Below the pieces are notes generated by a model. The model saw only the letters and a list, made by a program, of their open reading frames with translations. It ran no database searches and was not told the DNA's origin. Positions 35,054 to 45,785 of a stretch of DNA of 64,000 nucleotides are shown piece after piece; the stretch's first letter is position 1, and each line of letters opens with the position of its first letter. The stretch is from assembly GCA_963844865.1 (NCBI GenBank), contig CAWJPY010000004.1, positions 80,438 to 144,437 of the forward strand. Reading direction: 5' to 3'. The position numbers and the translations under genes were made by a program. This DNA comes from an uncultured Holophagae bacterium. Lineage in GTDB: Bacteria > Acidobacteriota > Thermoanaerobaculia > Thermoanaerobaculales > Sulfomarinibacteraceae.

Positions 35054-38000
35054 ATGGATCGTAACCGCACCGAAAATGGGCAGTTGCCGCACGGTGTCGG
35101 GAAAGCTGCGTGGTCGGCTGCTCTCGACGCAACGACCACCCTGGTGGTGCTCCTCGACAGTGGCGGGCGCGTTGTGCGCGTCAACAGCGCCCTCGCAGAC
35201 GGCCCTCGGGCGCGCGCCGGCAGAGCTCGAGGGACAGGAGCTCGGCGAGCTGGTCGAGACCGAGGGGGCGGAGTCCCTTCGCGAGCTGCTGAGCGCTGAG
35301 GCGTCGAGGCGGGGAAGGGTGACGCTCGGGCTGCACTGGCGGAACAGAGCCGACCATCGGCCACCGGTACTTGTGGTCGTTCGACCCATTGGCGTCAGCC
35401 GACGACGTGGCTCCACTCACCATCGGCGTCGGAGTCGATCTCCACACGGCGGGAGCCACCGGCGCCTGGCCCCAGTCGCCCACCAGCGAGGCCGAAGCGA
35501 CCGCCATCGGGAGGCTGATCAGACCGCTGGTGGAGCACTCCTCAGACGTCGTCTGTGTCCTCTCGGCCGACGGCCTGATCACCTACATCAGTCCACCGGT
35601 CCAGCGCATGCTGGGATACGAACCGGAGAACCTGATCGGTACCGCTGCCTTCGCGGTCATCCACGCGGAGGATCGGGACCTGGCGGCAGCGGTGGTGCGG
35701 CAGGGTCTGGAGCAGCCCGGGCGGTCGCACACGGTGGTGTGCCGGCTGCGGCACGCCGACGGGGAGTGGCGGTCCGTAGCAGCCACTGGGGTCACGCACC
35801 GCGAGGAAGCCGGCACCTGGGTCGTGATCAACCTCACCGACATCACGGATTGGGAGCGCGCCCGCCAGGAACGTGCAGAGAGCGAGGAGAGGTTCCGCAA
35901 CGCCTTCGATCACAGCGTGATCGGGAAGATCCTGTGGGATCCCGACGGGCGCGTCGTCCGGGTCAACCGCGCCCTGTGCGACCTGCTCTCCTACGACGAA
36001 GCGGAAATGTTGACCATGACCTGGCGGGACCAGGTCCATCCGGACGACGCGGAGAACGTCGTACGCCAGGTTCGGCAGCTCGTGGGAGGTGAGGTCCCGG
36101 CCCTCCAGCTGGAGGCCAGGCTGCGCCATCACGACGGCCCCTGGGTGTGGACCCGTGCCACGGTGTCCGTAGCCCGGGACGCCGCGGCGGAGCCCCGCCA
36201 CTTCATCGGCGAGGTGGAAGACCTCACCGAGCGCCGGCGGCAGGAGGCGGACAAGCGCGCTCGGCTGCTCAGGACCCAGCGACAGCAGGCCGCGATCATC
36301 ACCATGGCCACTCAACCGGCCATGGCCGCCGGTGAGCGCGACGGGGCCTTTCGCACCATCACCGAGTCGTCCGCCACCGCCCTGCGCGTGAGCCGGGCCG
36401 GGGTGTGGCTGCTCGGCGAGGACGACCACAGCCTGCACTGCGTCGATTGCTTCGATCTCCGCACCGGCGATCACACGTCGGGCGCCACCCTGGATCTGGA
36501 GAGCTGCCCGCTCTACCTGGAAGCCCTCGATGCCGGGCGGGTGATCGACGCCGACGACGCGGTCGGCGACCCGCGCACCCGGGAGCACGCGGCCGAGTAC
36601 CTGGAGCCCCAGGGGGTGGCATCCCTCCTCGACGCCCCGGTCCGCATCGGCGGCAAGGTCGTCGGCGCGGTGCGGTTCGAACAAGTGGGCGAGGGCCGCA
36701 TCTGGGCGGCCGACGAGATCACCTTCGCCGGGGAGGTGTCCGACCAGGTCGCCCATGCCATGGCCAACGCCCAACGCACTCGCGCCGAGCGTCGCCTCCA
36801 GATGTCCGAGGAGCGGTTCCGGAGCATCGTCAACTGCTCGCCCATGGGCGTGCACCTGTATCGCCTCGAGGGCGACGGGGCCCTCGTCTTCGCCGGTGCC
36901 AATCCAGCGGCGGATGCGATCCTCGGCATCGAGTGCCAGAAGCTCATCGGCAAGCCCATGGAGGAGGCGTTCCCATCCCTCGCCGGCACCGAGGTCCCCG
37001 AGCGCTACCGCCGTGTCGCGGCCGTCGGGACGCCGTGGCACATCGAGCAGGTGGAGTACGAGGACGAACGGATCCGGGGGGCCTACGAGGTGCATGCCTT
37101 CCGCACCGCCCCTGGGACAGTCACCGCCATGTTCCTGAACATCACCGATCGCAAGCGGGCCGAGGAAGCCCTGCGTGACAGTGAGGAGCGGTATCGACAG
37201 CTCTTCGAACGCAACCTCGCGGCGGTGTTCAGGGCGAGCCTCGATGGCAGGGTCCTGGAGTGCAACGACGCCTTTGCCGAGATCCTGGGCTGCACGAGCC
37301 GCAGTGAGGCGTTGTCTCGCAACGCCGCCGACTTCGTCGCCGGCACCGCGGGCCGCAACGGGTGGATGCAGGACCTGCGCACCCACGGCGAGCTCCGCAA
37401 CCAGGAGATCGTGATGCGCCGTCTCGACGGCGACATGGTCTGGCTGCTCGCCAACATGACCCTGGTGGCCGACGTGCGGGGACGACCGACCATCATCGAG
37501 GGCACGATGATCGACGTCACCGACCGCAAGCGGACCGCCGACCGCTTGCTCTTGCAGAGCGCCGCCCTGGAGTCCGCGGCCAACGCCATCGCCATCACCA
37601 GTCCGGGCGGAACCATCGAGTGGGTGAACCCCGCCTTCACGCGTCTCACCGGCGTCCTGGCCGCGGAGGCCATCGGCAACAGCCTGTGGCGGCTCAAGTC
37701 CGGGGGCGAGGGGAGCAGTCTTTCAGACGAGGTGTCTCGCGCACTCACGGAAGGACGGGCGTGGCACGGAGAGCTGGTGAACCGGCGCGCCGACGGACAG
37801 CTCTACACCGAAGAGATAACCATCACCCCTGTCCACGGCAACGACGGGAAGGTCACCCACCTGGTCTCGGTCCAGCAGGACATCACCGAGCGCAAACGGA
37901 TGGAAGAGCAGCTCCTGCAGGCCCAGAAGATGGAGGCCGTGGGGCGGCTGGCCGGCGGGGTCGCCCACGACTTCAACAACCTCCTCCAGGCCATGCTGGG

Positions 38001-39048
38001 GGTCACGGAGCTCATCCGGCAGCCGGAGACCTCGCCCGAGGATTCGGGTCCCAAGCTCCAAGAGCTCGAGGAGCTTGTGCAGCGGGGCTCCCAGCTCACC
38101 CGACAGCTCCTCCTGTTCGCGCGCCGCGACACCTCCAAGCAGGAGTCGCTGGATCTCAACCAGGTCGTCGAGGGCACGGTGAAGCTGCTGCACCGGCTCC
38201 TGCGCGAGAACATCGAGCTCGTCTTCAATCCGGCCACGAGCGACCTCCCCCTCACAGCGGACCGAGGGCAGATCGAGCAGGTGGTCATGAACCTCGCCGT
38301 CAACGCCTGCGACGCCATGCCTCACGGGGGGAAGCTTTCGTTGACCACCAACCGGGGCAACGGCAACGTGTGGCTGGAGGTCGGGGACACCGGCGAGGGC
38401 ATTCCCGAGGACATTCGCGACCAGCTCTTCGAACCTTTCTTCACCACCAAGGAGCGGGGCAAGGGGACCGGTCTCGGCCTGTCGGTGGTGCATGGCATCG
38501 TGACCCGGCTCGGTGGCCGCATCGACCTCGAGAGCCAGGTGGGCAGCGGCACCTCGATCCGTGTGACGTTCCCCGCCTCTCACTTGGGCGAACGACACGC
38601 ACCCGAACGAGAGGAACGGGAACCGATCGGCGACGGACAGGGGCAGACCATCCTGGTGGTGGAGGACGACCCTGCGGTCCGCACCAGCCTCGAGGAGATC
38701 CTGGCCGTGATGGGTTACGGCGTGGTCGCGGTGGGCAGCCGGGAGGCTGCATTCGCGATCCCCGCCGAGGAGAGCTTCGAGCTCCTCCTTTCCGATTACA
38801 TCCTCCCAGACGGTTCCGGAACCGACATCGCCCGGGAGCTCAGGCGCCGCTGGCCGGGGATCGGGGTCATCGTCATGTCGGGGTACGCGCAGGACGACAC
38901 CGTGGGGCGGGAGATCGCCCGCGGCAACCTGTACTTCCTCCAGAAGCCCTTCACCGCGAAGACCCTGGCGAAAGCCGTGCGCACCGTCCTCGGAAGCCGC
39001 TCCTCGGCATTGCCCGCCGACGATCGCCGCCGACCAAGCGTCGGCTGA
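35054..39048 (+). CDS. Cytoplasmic multi-PAS/GAF hybrid histidine kinase with C-terminal receiver (CckA-like; two N-terminal frameshifts)
   Basis: Several PAS/PAC repeats, GAF (SLLDAPVRIGG), AQKMEAVGRLAGGVAHDFNNLL, FEPFFTTK..GKGTGLGL, REC (ILVVEDD); first PAS is spread over ORFs 34919, 35076 and 35371. Confidence 0.88.
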
Positions 39049-39138
39049 GCCGTCTATTCTGCCGGCCCGCCGGCGATCGATCTCGCGGGATCAACTGCCA
39101 AAGACCCGACCCGCGGGCGACGCCGCGCCGATGTCGCG

Positions 39139-42100
39139 TCAGGGAATGGCGGCGGCCTCCCCCGCGGCGGTGTCGGCAGCCAGCCTGTTCACCCAGAGCA
39201 CGCCCAGCGCCAGCAGGAGCACCGCCGACAGGATCCCACCGGCCAGGGCTCCGGGATAGGCACGCAGGATCCCCTCGTGCAGGGTCCCCAACAGGGTGAC
39301 CATGGCCGTGGCGAGAGGGATCAATGCGAGATGGAACCGCAGCACGGCCAGGTACGCCAGCAGCAGGATCACCCCCGCGCCGAGCCCGCTGACCAGCCAG
39401 CGAGTGACCGTGCCCACGTCGCTGGCGCCAACCATGACGGGTCCCAGCGCGAGCAGCACGAGGCCGAGGGGGAGACGGGCACGGGTCCAGCCGCGGCTGG
39501 CGACGTGCACGAAGCCCACGACCAGCAGCAACAGGATGGTGCTCGTGATCCACGAGCTCACCGGAGAGATGGCGGTGGCCAGGATCGGCGACCTGGCCGC
39601 CGCCTCTCGGAAGGACGGCCACATGGGCTCGGTGTTCGGCAACAGCCAGAGGCCGACGGACACCAGTCCGGCGATGACGGCCCCCAGACCAATCCCGCCG
39701 GCGATGGCCCCGCTCCGAGCTCCGGGCTGCGGCGGCAGCCAGCGGTGGACGAAGCCGGCGTTGAGCCCCATCCCGGCAGCCAGGAGCAGCAGCACCACCG
39801 CCGAGCCGGCCAGGCCCAGCGCCGACTGCAAGCCGTAGGGCTGGGCCGTGGAGAAGTTGACCACGATCGACGGCCACGAGTTGAAGACCGCCAGACCGCT
39901 GAGCACGAGCACCAGCGCGAAGAACGTCGCGAGGGTGCCCACCGCGAACCGGCCACGGCTCCAACGCACGACCGCGGCCACCACCCCGGCGATGTAGATC
40001 AACACCACCAACAGGGTGCAGACGATGCGCACCACATTGGCCGCCGCCGACCGATTGCGTTCCGCCCTCTCCCAGTCCTCCGGGATATGGATGAAGCGTT
40101 CGCTGTCCACGACCTGGTCGCCGGCGATCTTCACCGCGATCCGGGCCTCTCCGCTGTGCAGCGGATAGGCGGACGGGTCCGAGTACACGAGCCGCCAGTC
40201 CTTGCGCTTCGGGTGCTGGGTCGGCTCGACCGCGACCTCTTTCAACGCCGCCGGATCGAGACCGAACTTCGAGCGGAGCACATTCTCCGCCATGGCTCGC
40301 GCCTGGGCCTCGTCGAGGGTCGCACCCGGACGGTCGTCGGGAAGGCGGTGGCGGACCCGCCGCACCGTGCCGTTTCCGTCCACCCACAGGTCGTACTCCT
40401 CGGCCCGCGCCACCACGTCGCCCTCGAAGTTGGCGTATCGCACGTACCAGTCGGGGGGAGCGAGGAAGCTGCCCAGGAGCTGCCAGTACACCTCCGGTCC
40501 GCCCTCCTGCCAGATGAACACGTCCTCCAAGCCGTAGTCCCCTTGCACCGTGCTCAACGTGCGCCAGGAGGGCCCCTTCTCCGCATCCTGCGCGGCCAGC
40601 GTCCGCGTCGCGACCGAGGTGGCCTCGCCGCGTCCGATCCGGATCGACGGCACCTGGCTGGTGAAGCCGTGAGCGAGTGCCCACACCACGACTCCGATCC
40701 CGCCCAGCACCGCCAGGGCGAGGCTGGCACGGGGTCTGAGACCGGTGCTCGCCGGGACGTGGGCCACGGGCGCCGGCTCCTCCGGCGGAGGTGGTTGCCA
40801 GGCGCCGTTGCGCACGTCCTCGTCGACCTCCCTGAACCCGCCGGATCGCACCCGCCCCGCCAGCACGACCCAGAGGGGCACCAGGACCAGCGCCAGGAGG
40901 AGCGCGCGATCCAGCCAGACGCCCGAGGAGGACGCCGTGAACAGCGGGATCGAGAACCACATCACGTCCGTGGCGAAGTGGAGGACGATGACCGGCAGCA
41001 GCCCGAAGGCGAGAAAGATGAGCCCCCAGCTCGCGGCGGGGATGATCAGCTCCACGAGTCGGGCGTACGCCGGCTGCTGGGCGTAGTTGGCGTGGCCGGC
41101 GCCGAAGACCACCGCCTCCAGGATCAGGGCGCCCGCGATCCACCACCGCCTCCCGCCCAGACGCTTGCCGATGAGCGCCGCCGCAGCCAGGGGCACCGCT
41201 CGGAACATGGTCTCCTCCCAGAAGCCGGCGTGCAGGGAGATGCCGATGGCATTCAGCCACGGCGCGTAGGTGGCGAGGACGTTGGGATCGATCAGGGCGT
41301 CGGAGGGGGTCCACCAGCCGAGCTTCTGATTGGCAAGGGTGTAGAGAAACACCTCATAGGCCAAAAACACCGCCACCGACAGGTATCCGGCGATGGTGAG
41401 GCCGGCGACGTTCCGGGTCCCCGCCACCCGCGGCGACCAGGTTTTCCAGAGCTGGAGGTGATGGGGAAACGCCTTGCGGCTCAGGCTCTCGGCGGCCGTG
41501 AAGGTCACCAGGTACAGCAGGGCCATGCCGATGGCCTGGGCCACGGCCATCACCACCTGTTGGAGGCCGAAGTTGGTGGCCGACACCGCGGTGTCGTAGC
41601 CCATCCAGGCCAGGGGCAACCGGTTGAGGGTGATGGGGATCCACAGAGCGCCGATGAAGATCGCCCACTTCAGGGGCGGTCGCCACAGCATCCAGCGCTG
41701 GCGCAGGAGCAGGAGCGCTCCGATCAGGCAGCCGCCGATCCCGTAGATCACCGCCATGAAGACGAGGGAGCCGGTGGCGATGCCGTTGTTGGCCGACCGC
41801 ATCTGCTCGTAGCGCCGGTCGAAGGCCTGGGGGATCTTGACGAAACGGGTGAGCTCGGTGAGGCGGTCCCCGGCCACCACCAGGCGCAACCGGTAGCGAC
41901 CGTCCTCGCCAACCCTGAGGGACGGCCGCTCGTAGGTGAAGGTGTGGTCGACGCGCCCGCTCGGCCGCACCTCGTCCGCCTGCTCCACCAGGTCGTACTG
42001 GGCGAGCTGAACGCCCCAGTCCGCCGTGGCCGTTCGCTCCGCGATCTGGCGGGCCTGCTCGGTGTCCAGCGCCGCGCCGGGTTCGCTCTCGGGCAGCTTC

Positions 42101-42489
42101 TCGGAGAAACCGTAGGGCTCGCCCGCAGGGGTGAAGCTGACCCGCGTCTCGGTGGGCTCGAACTCCCGGAAGTTCCGCACCCGCCACGTGTACGGAGATA
42201 CGAGTCCCTCCTTGAGCATCCGCCGGAAGGCGTCGTGACCTCCCCCCTCCAGCTCCACGAAGCTCTGCAGCCGGGAGTCGAGGTCGAAGGCCGCCGCCTG
42301 GCGGGAATGCTCCGGCCCCCAGCCACGCTCCTGGGCCAGGCTCCTGGCTGCCTCCATCGCCTGGGCGCGGTCCATCTGCAGGTCCAGGGTCACCAGCGGG
42401 AACGCATTGGAGAAGTTGTGAGCCGCGTAGACGACGCACAGCGCCGTCACGACAACAAAGGCGATCCAGAACACTGGCTTGCGGGTCAT
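39139..42489 (-). CDS. Large internally duplicated membrane protein with a CPBP (CAAX/Abi) intramembrane metalloprotease domain
   Basis: FWEETMFRA, FGAGH and LHFATD CPBP motifs; many TM segments; two similar extracytoplasmic domains. Confidence 0.8.
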   Translation of the reverse strand: MTRKPVFWIAFVVVTALCVVYAAHNFSNAFPLVTLDLQMDRAQAMEAARSLAQERGWGPEHSRQAAAFDLDSRLQSFVELEGGGHDAFRRMLKEGLVSPYTWRVRNFREFEPTETRVSFTPAGEPYGFSEKLPESEPGAALDTEQARQIAERTATADWGVQLAQYDLVEQADEVRPSGRVDHTFTYERPSLRVGEDGRYRLRLVVAGDRLTELTRFVKIPQAFDRRYEQMRSANNGIATGSLVFMAVIYGIGGCLIGALLLLRQRWMLWRPPLKWAIFIGALWIPITLNRLPLAWMGYDTAVSATNFGLQQVVMAVAQAIGMALLYLVTFTAAESLSRKAFPHHLQLWKTWSPRVAGTRNVAGLTIAGYLSVAVFLAYEVFLYTLANQKLGWWTPSDALIDPNVLATYAPWLNAIGISLHAGFWEETMFRAVPLAAAALIGKRLGGRRWWIAGALILEAVVFGAGHANYAQQPAYARLVELIIPAASWGLIFLAFGLLPVIVLHFATDVMWFSIPLFTASSSGVWLDRALLLALVLVPLWVVLAGRVRSGGFREVDEDVRNGAWQPPPPEEPAPVAHVPASTGLRPRASLALAVLGGIGVVVWALAHGFTSQVPSIRIGRGEATSVATRTLAAQDAEKGPSWRTLSTVQGDYGLEDVFIWQEGGPEVYWQLLGSFLAPPDWYVRYANFEGDVVARAEEYDLWVDGNGTVRRVRHRLPDDRPGATLDEAQARAMAENVLRSKFGLDPAALKEVAVEPTQHPKRKDWRLVYSDPSAYPLHSGEARIAVKIAGDQVVDSERFIHIPEDWERAERNRSAAANVVRIVCTLLVVLIYIAGVVAAVVRWSRGRFAVGTLATFFALVLVLSGLAVFNSWPSIVVNFSTAQPYGLQSALGLAGSAVVLLLLAAGMGLNAGFVHRWLPPQPGARSGAIAGGIGLGAVIAGLVSVGLWLLPNTEPMWPSFREAAARSPILATAISPVSSWITSTILLLLVVGFVHVASRGWTRARLPLGLVLLALGPVMVGASDVGTVTRWLVSGLGAGVILLLAYLAVLRFHLALIPLATAMVTLLGTLHEGILRAYPGALAGGILSAVLLLALGVLWVNRLAADTAAGEAAAIP

Positions 42490-42624
42490 GGGCTCCCCTT
42501 TCTGCCCTCGGATCACGCCGTATCGCGTGGGATCGGACCCATCGTACCGAGTGTCGGGATTGTACCCGCTTCCCGGGGCCGCCCGCCCCAGGGGGGTTCA
42601 CAGGACCGCGCAGAGCCCGGTGGC

Positions 42625-44286
42625 TCAGCGGCTGCGTCTGATCATGACCAGCGTGCGGTCGTCGGCGAAGGGGACGCCATCGGCGAAGCGGTCAAGCTCG
42701 CTGCCCAGCTCGGCGGCGATGCCGGCCAGGGGCAGCGCCCGGTGGCGGACGCACGCCGCCAGCAGCCGTTCCTCCCCGAACTCCTCATCGTCGTGGTTGG
42801 CCGCCTCGGTGATGCCGTCGGTGTACAGGATCAGGACATCGCCGGGTTCGAGGGTCACCTCCCGCGCCTCGTATCGTCCGTCCTGAATGATGCCGAGGGG
42901 CGTCCCGGTCGACTCCAGCCACACCGTGTCCCCGTCGGCGCGGATCAGGAGCGCGGGGTTGTGGCCGGCGTTCGTGTAGCGAACGGTCCCGGTGGTGGTG
43001 TCCAGCAGGGCCAAAAAGCCCGTGGCGTACTTCTCCGGCGGGGTACGCTCGAACATCAGCCGGGAGGCCGCGGCGCAGGTCTCATCCGGCCCGAGGGGAC
43101 GTTCCAGAAGACCGCTCAGGAGGGCCTCCAGGAACCCGGTCAGCAGCGCGGCGCCCATGCCCTTGCCCGACACGTCGGCGAGGAAGAGCACGCACTCGGA
43201 GCCCCCGCCTCGCTCGATCACCTTGAAGAAGTCGCCGGAGACCACGCGCGACGGCGTGTTGCCGCCGTGCAGCTCGTACCCGGGGATGTCGGGAAGGCTC
43301 TGGGGCAGCAACCGCATCTGGATCTCCCGGGCGAGAGCCACCTCCCGCTCGAGACGGAGACGCTCCGCCGCCGCCTCGGTGAGGCGCAGGTTCCGGATCC
43401 GCATGGCCGCCACAGACGCCAGGGACGTCAGCAGCTCCATGTCCTCCTCGCCGAACTGCCGGACGGTCAGCGTCGAGCCCAGGACCACCATCCCGAGGGC
43501 GCCCTCAGGATCCAGCAGAGGCGCCGCCACGAGGCTGCGCACACCGGCGTTGAGCATGCTGACCGCCTGATTGAAGCGCTCGTCGACCTCCATGTCCAGC
43601 ACGAGGGCGGCCATCCCCTTGTCCGCCACCTCCTCGATCAGATGCCTCGAGTAGAGACAGCGATGGTGGGAGCCGCGCCGCGACCGGCTGGCGGCACACT
43701 CGTACTCGCCGTCGTCGTTGCGCAGGAAGATCGCGCCTTCCTCCGGGTGGAGCTGCTGGAACGCTCGCTCCAGGATGAGGTCGAGCAGCTCGTCCAGGGC
43801 CACGGACCGGCCGAGTGCCTGGTGCACCTCGTTGAGCATCTTGATCCGCTCGGCGTAACGGCGGAGCGCCTCGCCCTCCGCCGCCGGGGGCGGGGCCTGG
43901 GAAGGCTCGGAGCGCTCCAGCAGCTCGGCGGCCGGCCGGAACACCGTGTGCTCTCCCCAGTGACTCGAGCTGCCACTGATACCGGGATCTCGGGCGGCCA
44001 GTCGGCGGACCGCGACACTGCTCGCACCGAGGGTGATCACGTCGCCCTCGGCCACCACGCTGGACACCTCCACCTTTTGCTGGTTGACAAGCGTTCCGTT
44101 CCGGGACCCGAGGTCCTCGAGCAGCCAGTGGCCGTTCTGCCGAAACAGCCGCGCATGACGGCGCGAGAGGGAGCGGTCAGGGATCACCAGATCCGCCGCA
44201 GGAGAACGGCCGATCACCTGATCGTCGCCATCCAGCGTCCGCTCGAACGGCATTCCTCCTGCCGGCATCACATACAAGCTGATCAT
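42625..44286 (-). CDS. FHA-GAF-PP2C (SpoIIE/RsbU-type) serine phosphatase
   Basis: FHA IGRS...LSRRHA...DLGSRNGT; GAF; SGDFF, ADVSGKG, NAGHNP, YTDGITEA, DDRT. Confidence 0.92.
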   Translation of the reverse strand: MISLYVMPAGGMPFERTLDGDDQVIGRSPAADLVIPDRSLSRRHARLFRQNGHWLLEDLGSRNGTLVNQQKVEVSSVVAEGDVITLGASSVAVRRLAARDPGISGSSSHWGEHTVFRPAAELLERSEPSQAPPPAAEGEALRRYAERIKMLNEVHQALGRSVALDELLDLILERAFQQLHPEEGAIFLRNDDGEYECAASRSRRGSHHRCLYSRHLIEEVADKGMAALVLDMEVDERFNQAVSMLNAGVRSLVAAPLLDPEGALGMVVLGSTLTVRQFGEEDMELLTSLASVAAMRIRNLRLTEAAAERLRLEREVALAREIQMRLLPQSLPDIPGYELHGGNTPSRVVSGDFFKVIERGGGSECVLFLADVSGKGMGAALLTGFLEALLSGLLERPLGPDETCAAASRLMFERTPPEKYATGFLALLDTTTGTVRYTNAGHNPALLIRADGDTVWLESTGTPLGIIQDGRYEAREVTLEPGDVLILYTDGITEAANHDDEEFGEERLLAACVRHRALPLAGIAAELGSELDRFADGVPFADDRTLVMIRRSR

Positions 44287-44430
44287 GGTGCAACTCCTGT
44301 CGATAACGAGAGTCCGTCTCAGATAATAACACCATGAGTGCAGAAAAACATCCACGGGGGAAACGACCGACGTTGGATGGCTCGTGGCGAGTCCCACGGT
44401 TTGGAGGCCACAAGGCGAGGTCCGCCCGCG

Positions 44431-45571
44431 CTACTCCGCCACCGGCAGGCGCACCGTGAAACGGGTCCAGGCGCCGAGCTGACTGTCCACGTGGATGGTG
44501 CCCTGCGCCTCCTCCACGATGCGCTTGGTGATGGCCAGGCCCAGCCCCGTGCCGCCCTGGGTCTTGGTGGTGAAGAAGGGGTCGAAGACGCGCCCCATGA
44601 CATCGGGCGGAATCCCCGCACCGTTGTCCTCCACCTCCAGGCGCACCCAGGAGTCCTCCGGACGGATCCTCACGGCGACCGTGTTCTGGGACCGAGGTCG
44701 GTCGGGCAACGCCTGCATCGCGTTCACCATCAGGTTGGTCATCACCTGGCCGAGCTTGTTCGGTGACCCCACCACCCGCGGCACCTCCTGCAGATCGACC
44801 TGGAGCTCGGCGCGCTTGAGCAGCGCCGCCTTCACGAACGTGATCGTCGAGCTCGACGATCTCGCGGAGATCGGCACTCACCTCGAGGTCGGAGCGGCGG
44901 TGGCTGAGGTCCATGCCCCGCGTGATCTCGGTGATCTGCTCCACCGCCCGGACCGCATCGCTGAGCTGCTGCCGGGCGCTGGCGACTGCGTCCACGTGGG
45001 GCCTCTCCACCCTGGCGCCGATCACGAGCCCCTGGGCCAGCCGGTCGAGCCTCAGGTTCGCCAGATCGAGTCCCATCACCAGAGCGGCCAGCGGGTTGCG
45101 GAGCTCGTGGGCGACCCCCGCGGCGACCACACCCAGGGCATAGGTGCGTTCCGTCTCCAGTAACCGGGTCTCGAGCTGGTTGATCTTCTTGCGGGTCTGG
45201 TAGGTCTCGATGGACTCCCGCAGGACGGCTTTCAGCTCGATCGGCTCCCAGGGCTTGCGCAGGTAGCGGCGGATCTTCCCGCGATTGATGGCGTCGATGG
45301 CGTCGTTGAGATCGCTGTACGCCGTGATGAGGATCCGGATCGTGTCCGGGTAGACGTCCTTGGTGGCCTCGAACACCTCGACGCCGGTCATCCCCGGCAT
45401 GCGCTGGTCCACCAGGAGGACCGCCACCTCCCGCTCCTTCAGGATGTCGAGCGCTTCGGGTCCACTGGCGGCGGTGATGACGTCGAACTCCTCCTCACAC
45501 GTCGCCTTCAGGACGACGAGGTTCGCAGCATCGTCATCCACGTAGAGGATCGTGTCGTCCACTGCCGCCAT
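44431..45571 (-). CDS. Receiver-histidine kinase hybrid (REC-HisKA-HATPase, PhcR-like architecture), frameshift at about 44850
   Basis: ILYVDDD, VDQRMPGMTG, RILITAY, KPW; AGVAHELRNPL; in the second frame QVMTNLMVNA, EDNGAG, FDPFFTTK..GTGLGL. Confidence 0.88.
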
Positions 45572-45785
45572 CTTAGCAACACTACGAGCACGTGGCGACT
45601 GGAGTTGCGGCTATGCGATCCCGGCTTCGTCGACCATTCGCGCAACCTGCACGCCCTCAACAGGGCACGAGGTAACACACGCCGAAAAGACGCGTGCCGA
45701 ATACGAATACGACGTCACCGGCGACGCTCGCACCACCTTCGGACGACGTCCAGTACGAAAGAGACTTCCTGGTCGAATCACACGC

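Noticed and set aside
39277-44337. 1686-aa plus-strand ORF and other long overlapping ORFs (12647-14614, 18020-20611, 25501-27999, 51314-53542)
   Set aside because: Antisense shadows of real genes, caused by high GC3 and scarce stop codons; no recognisable motifs.
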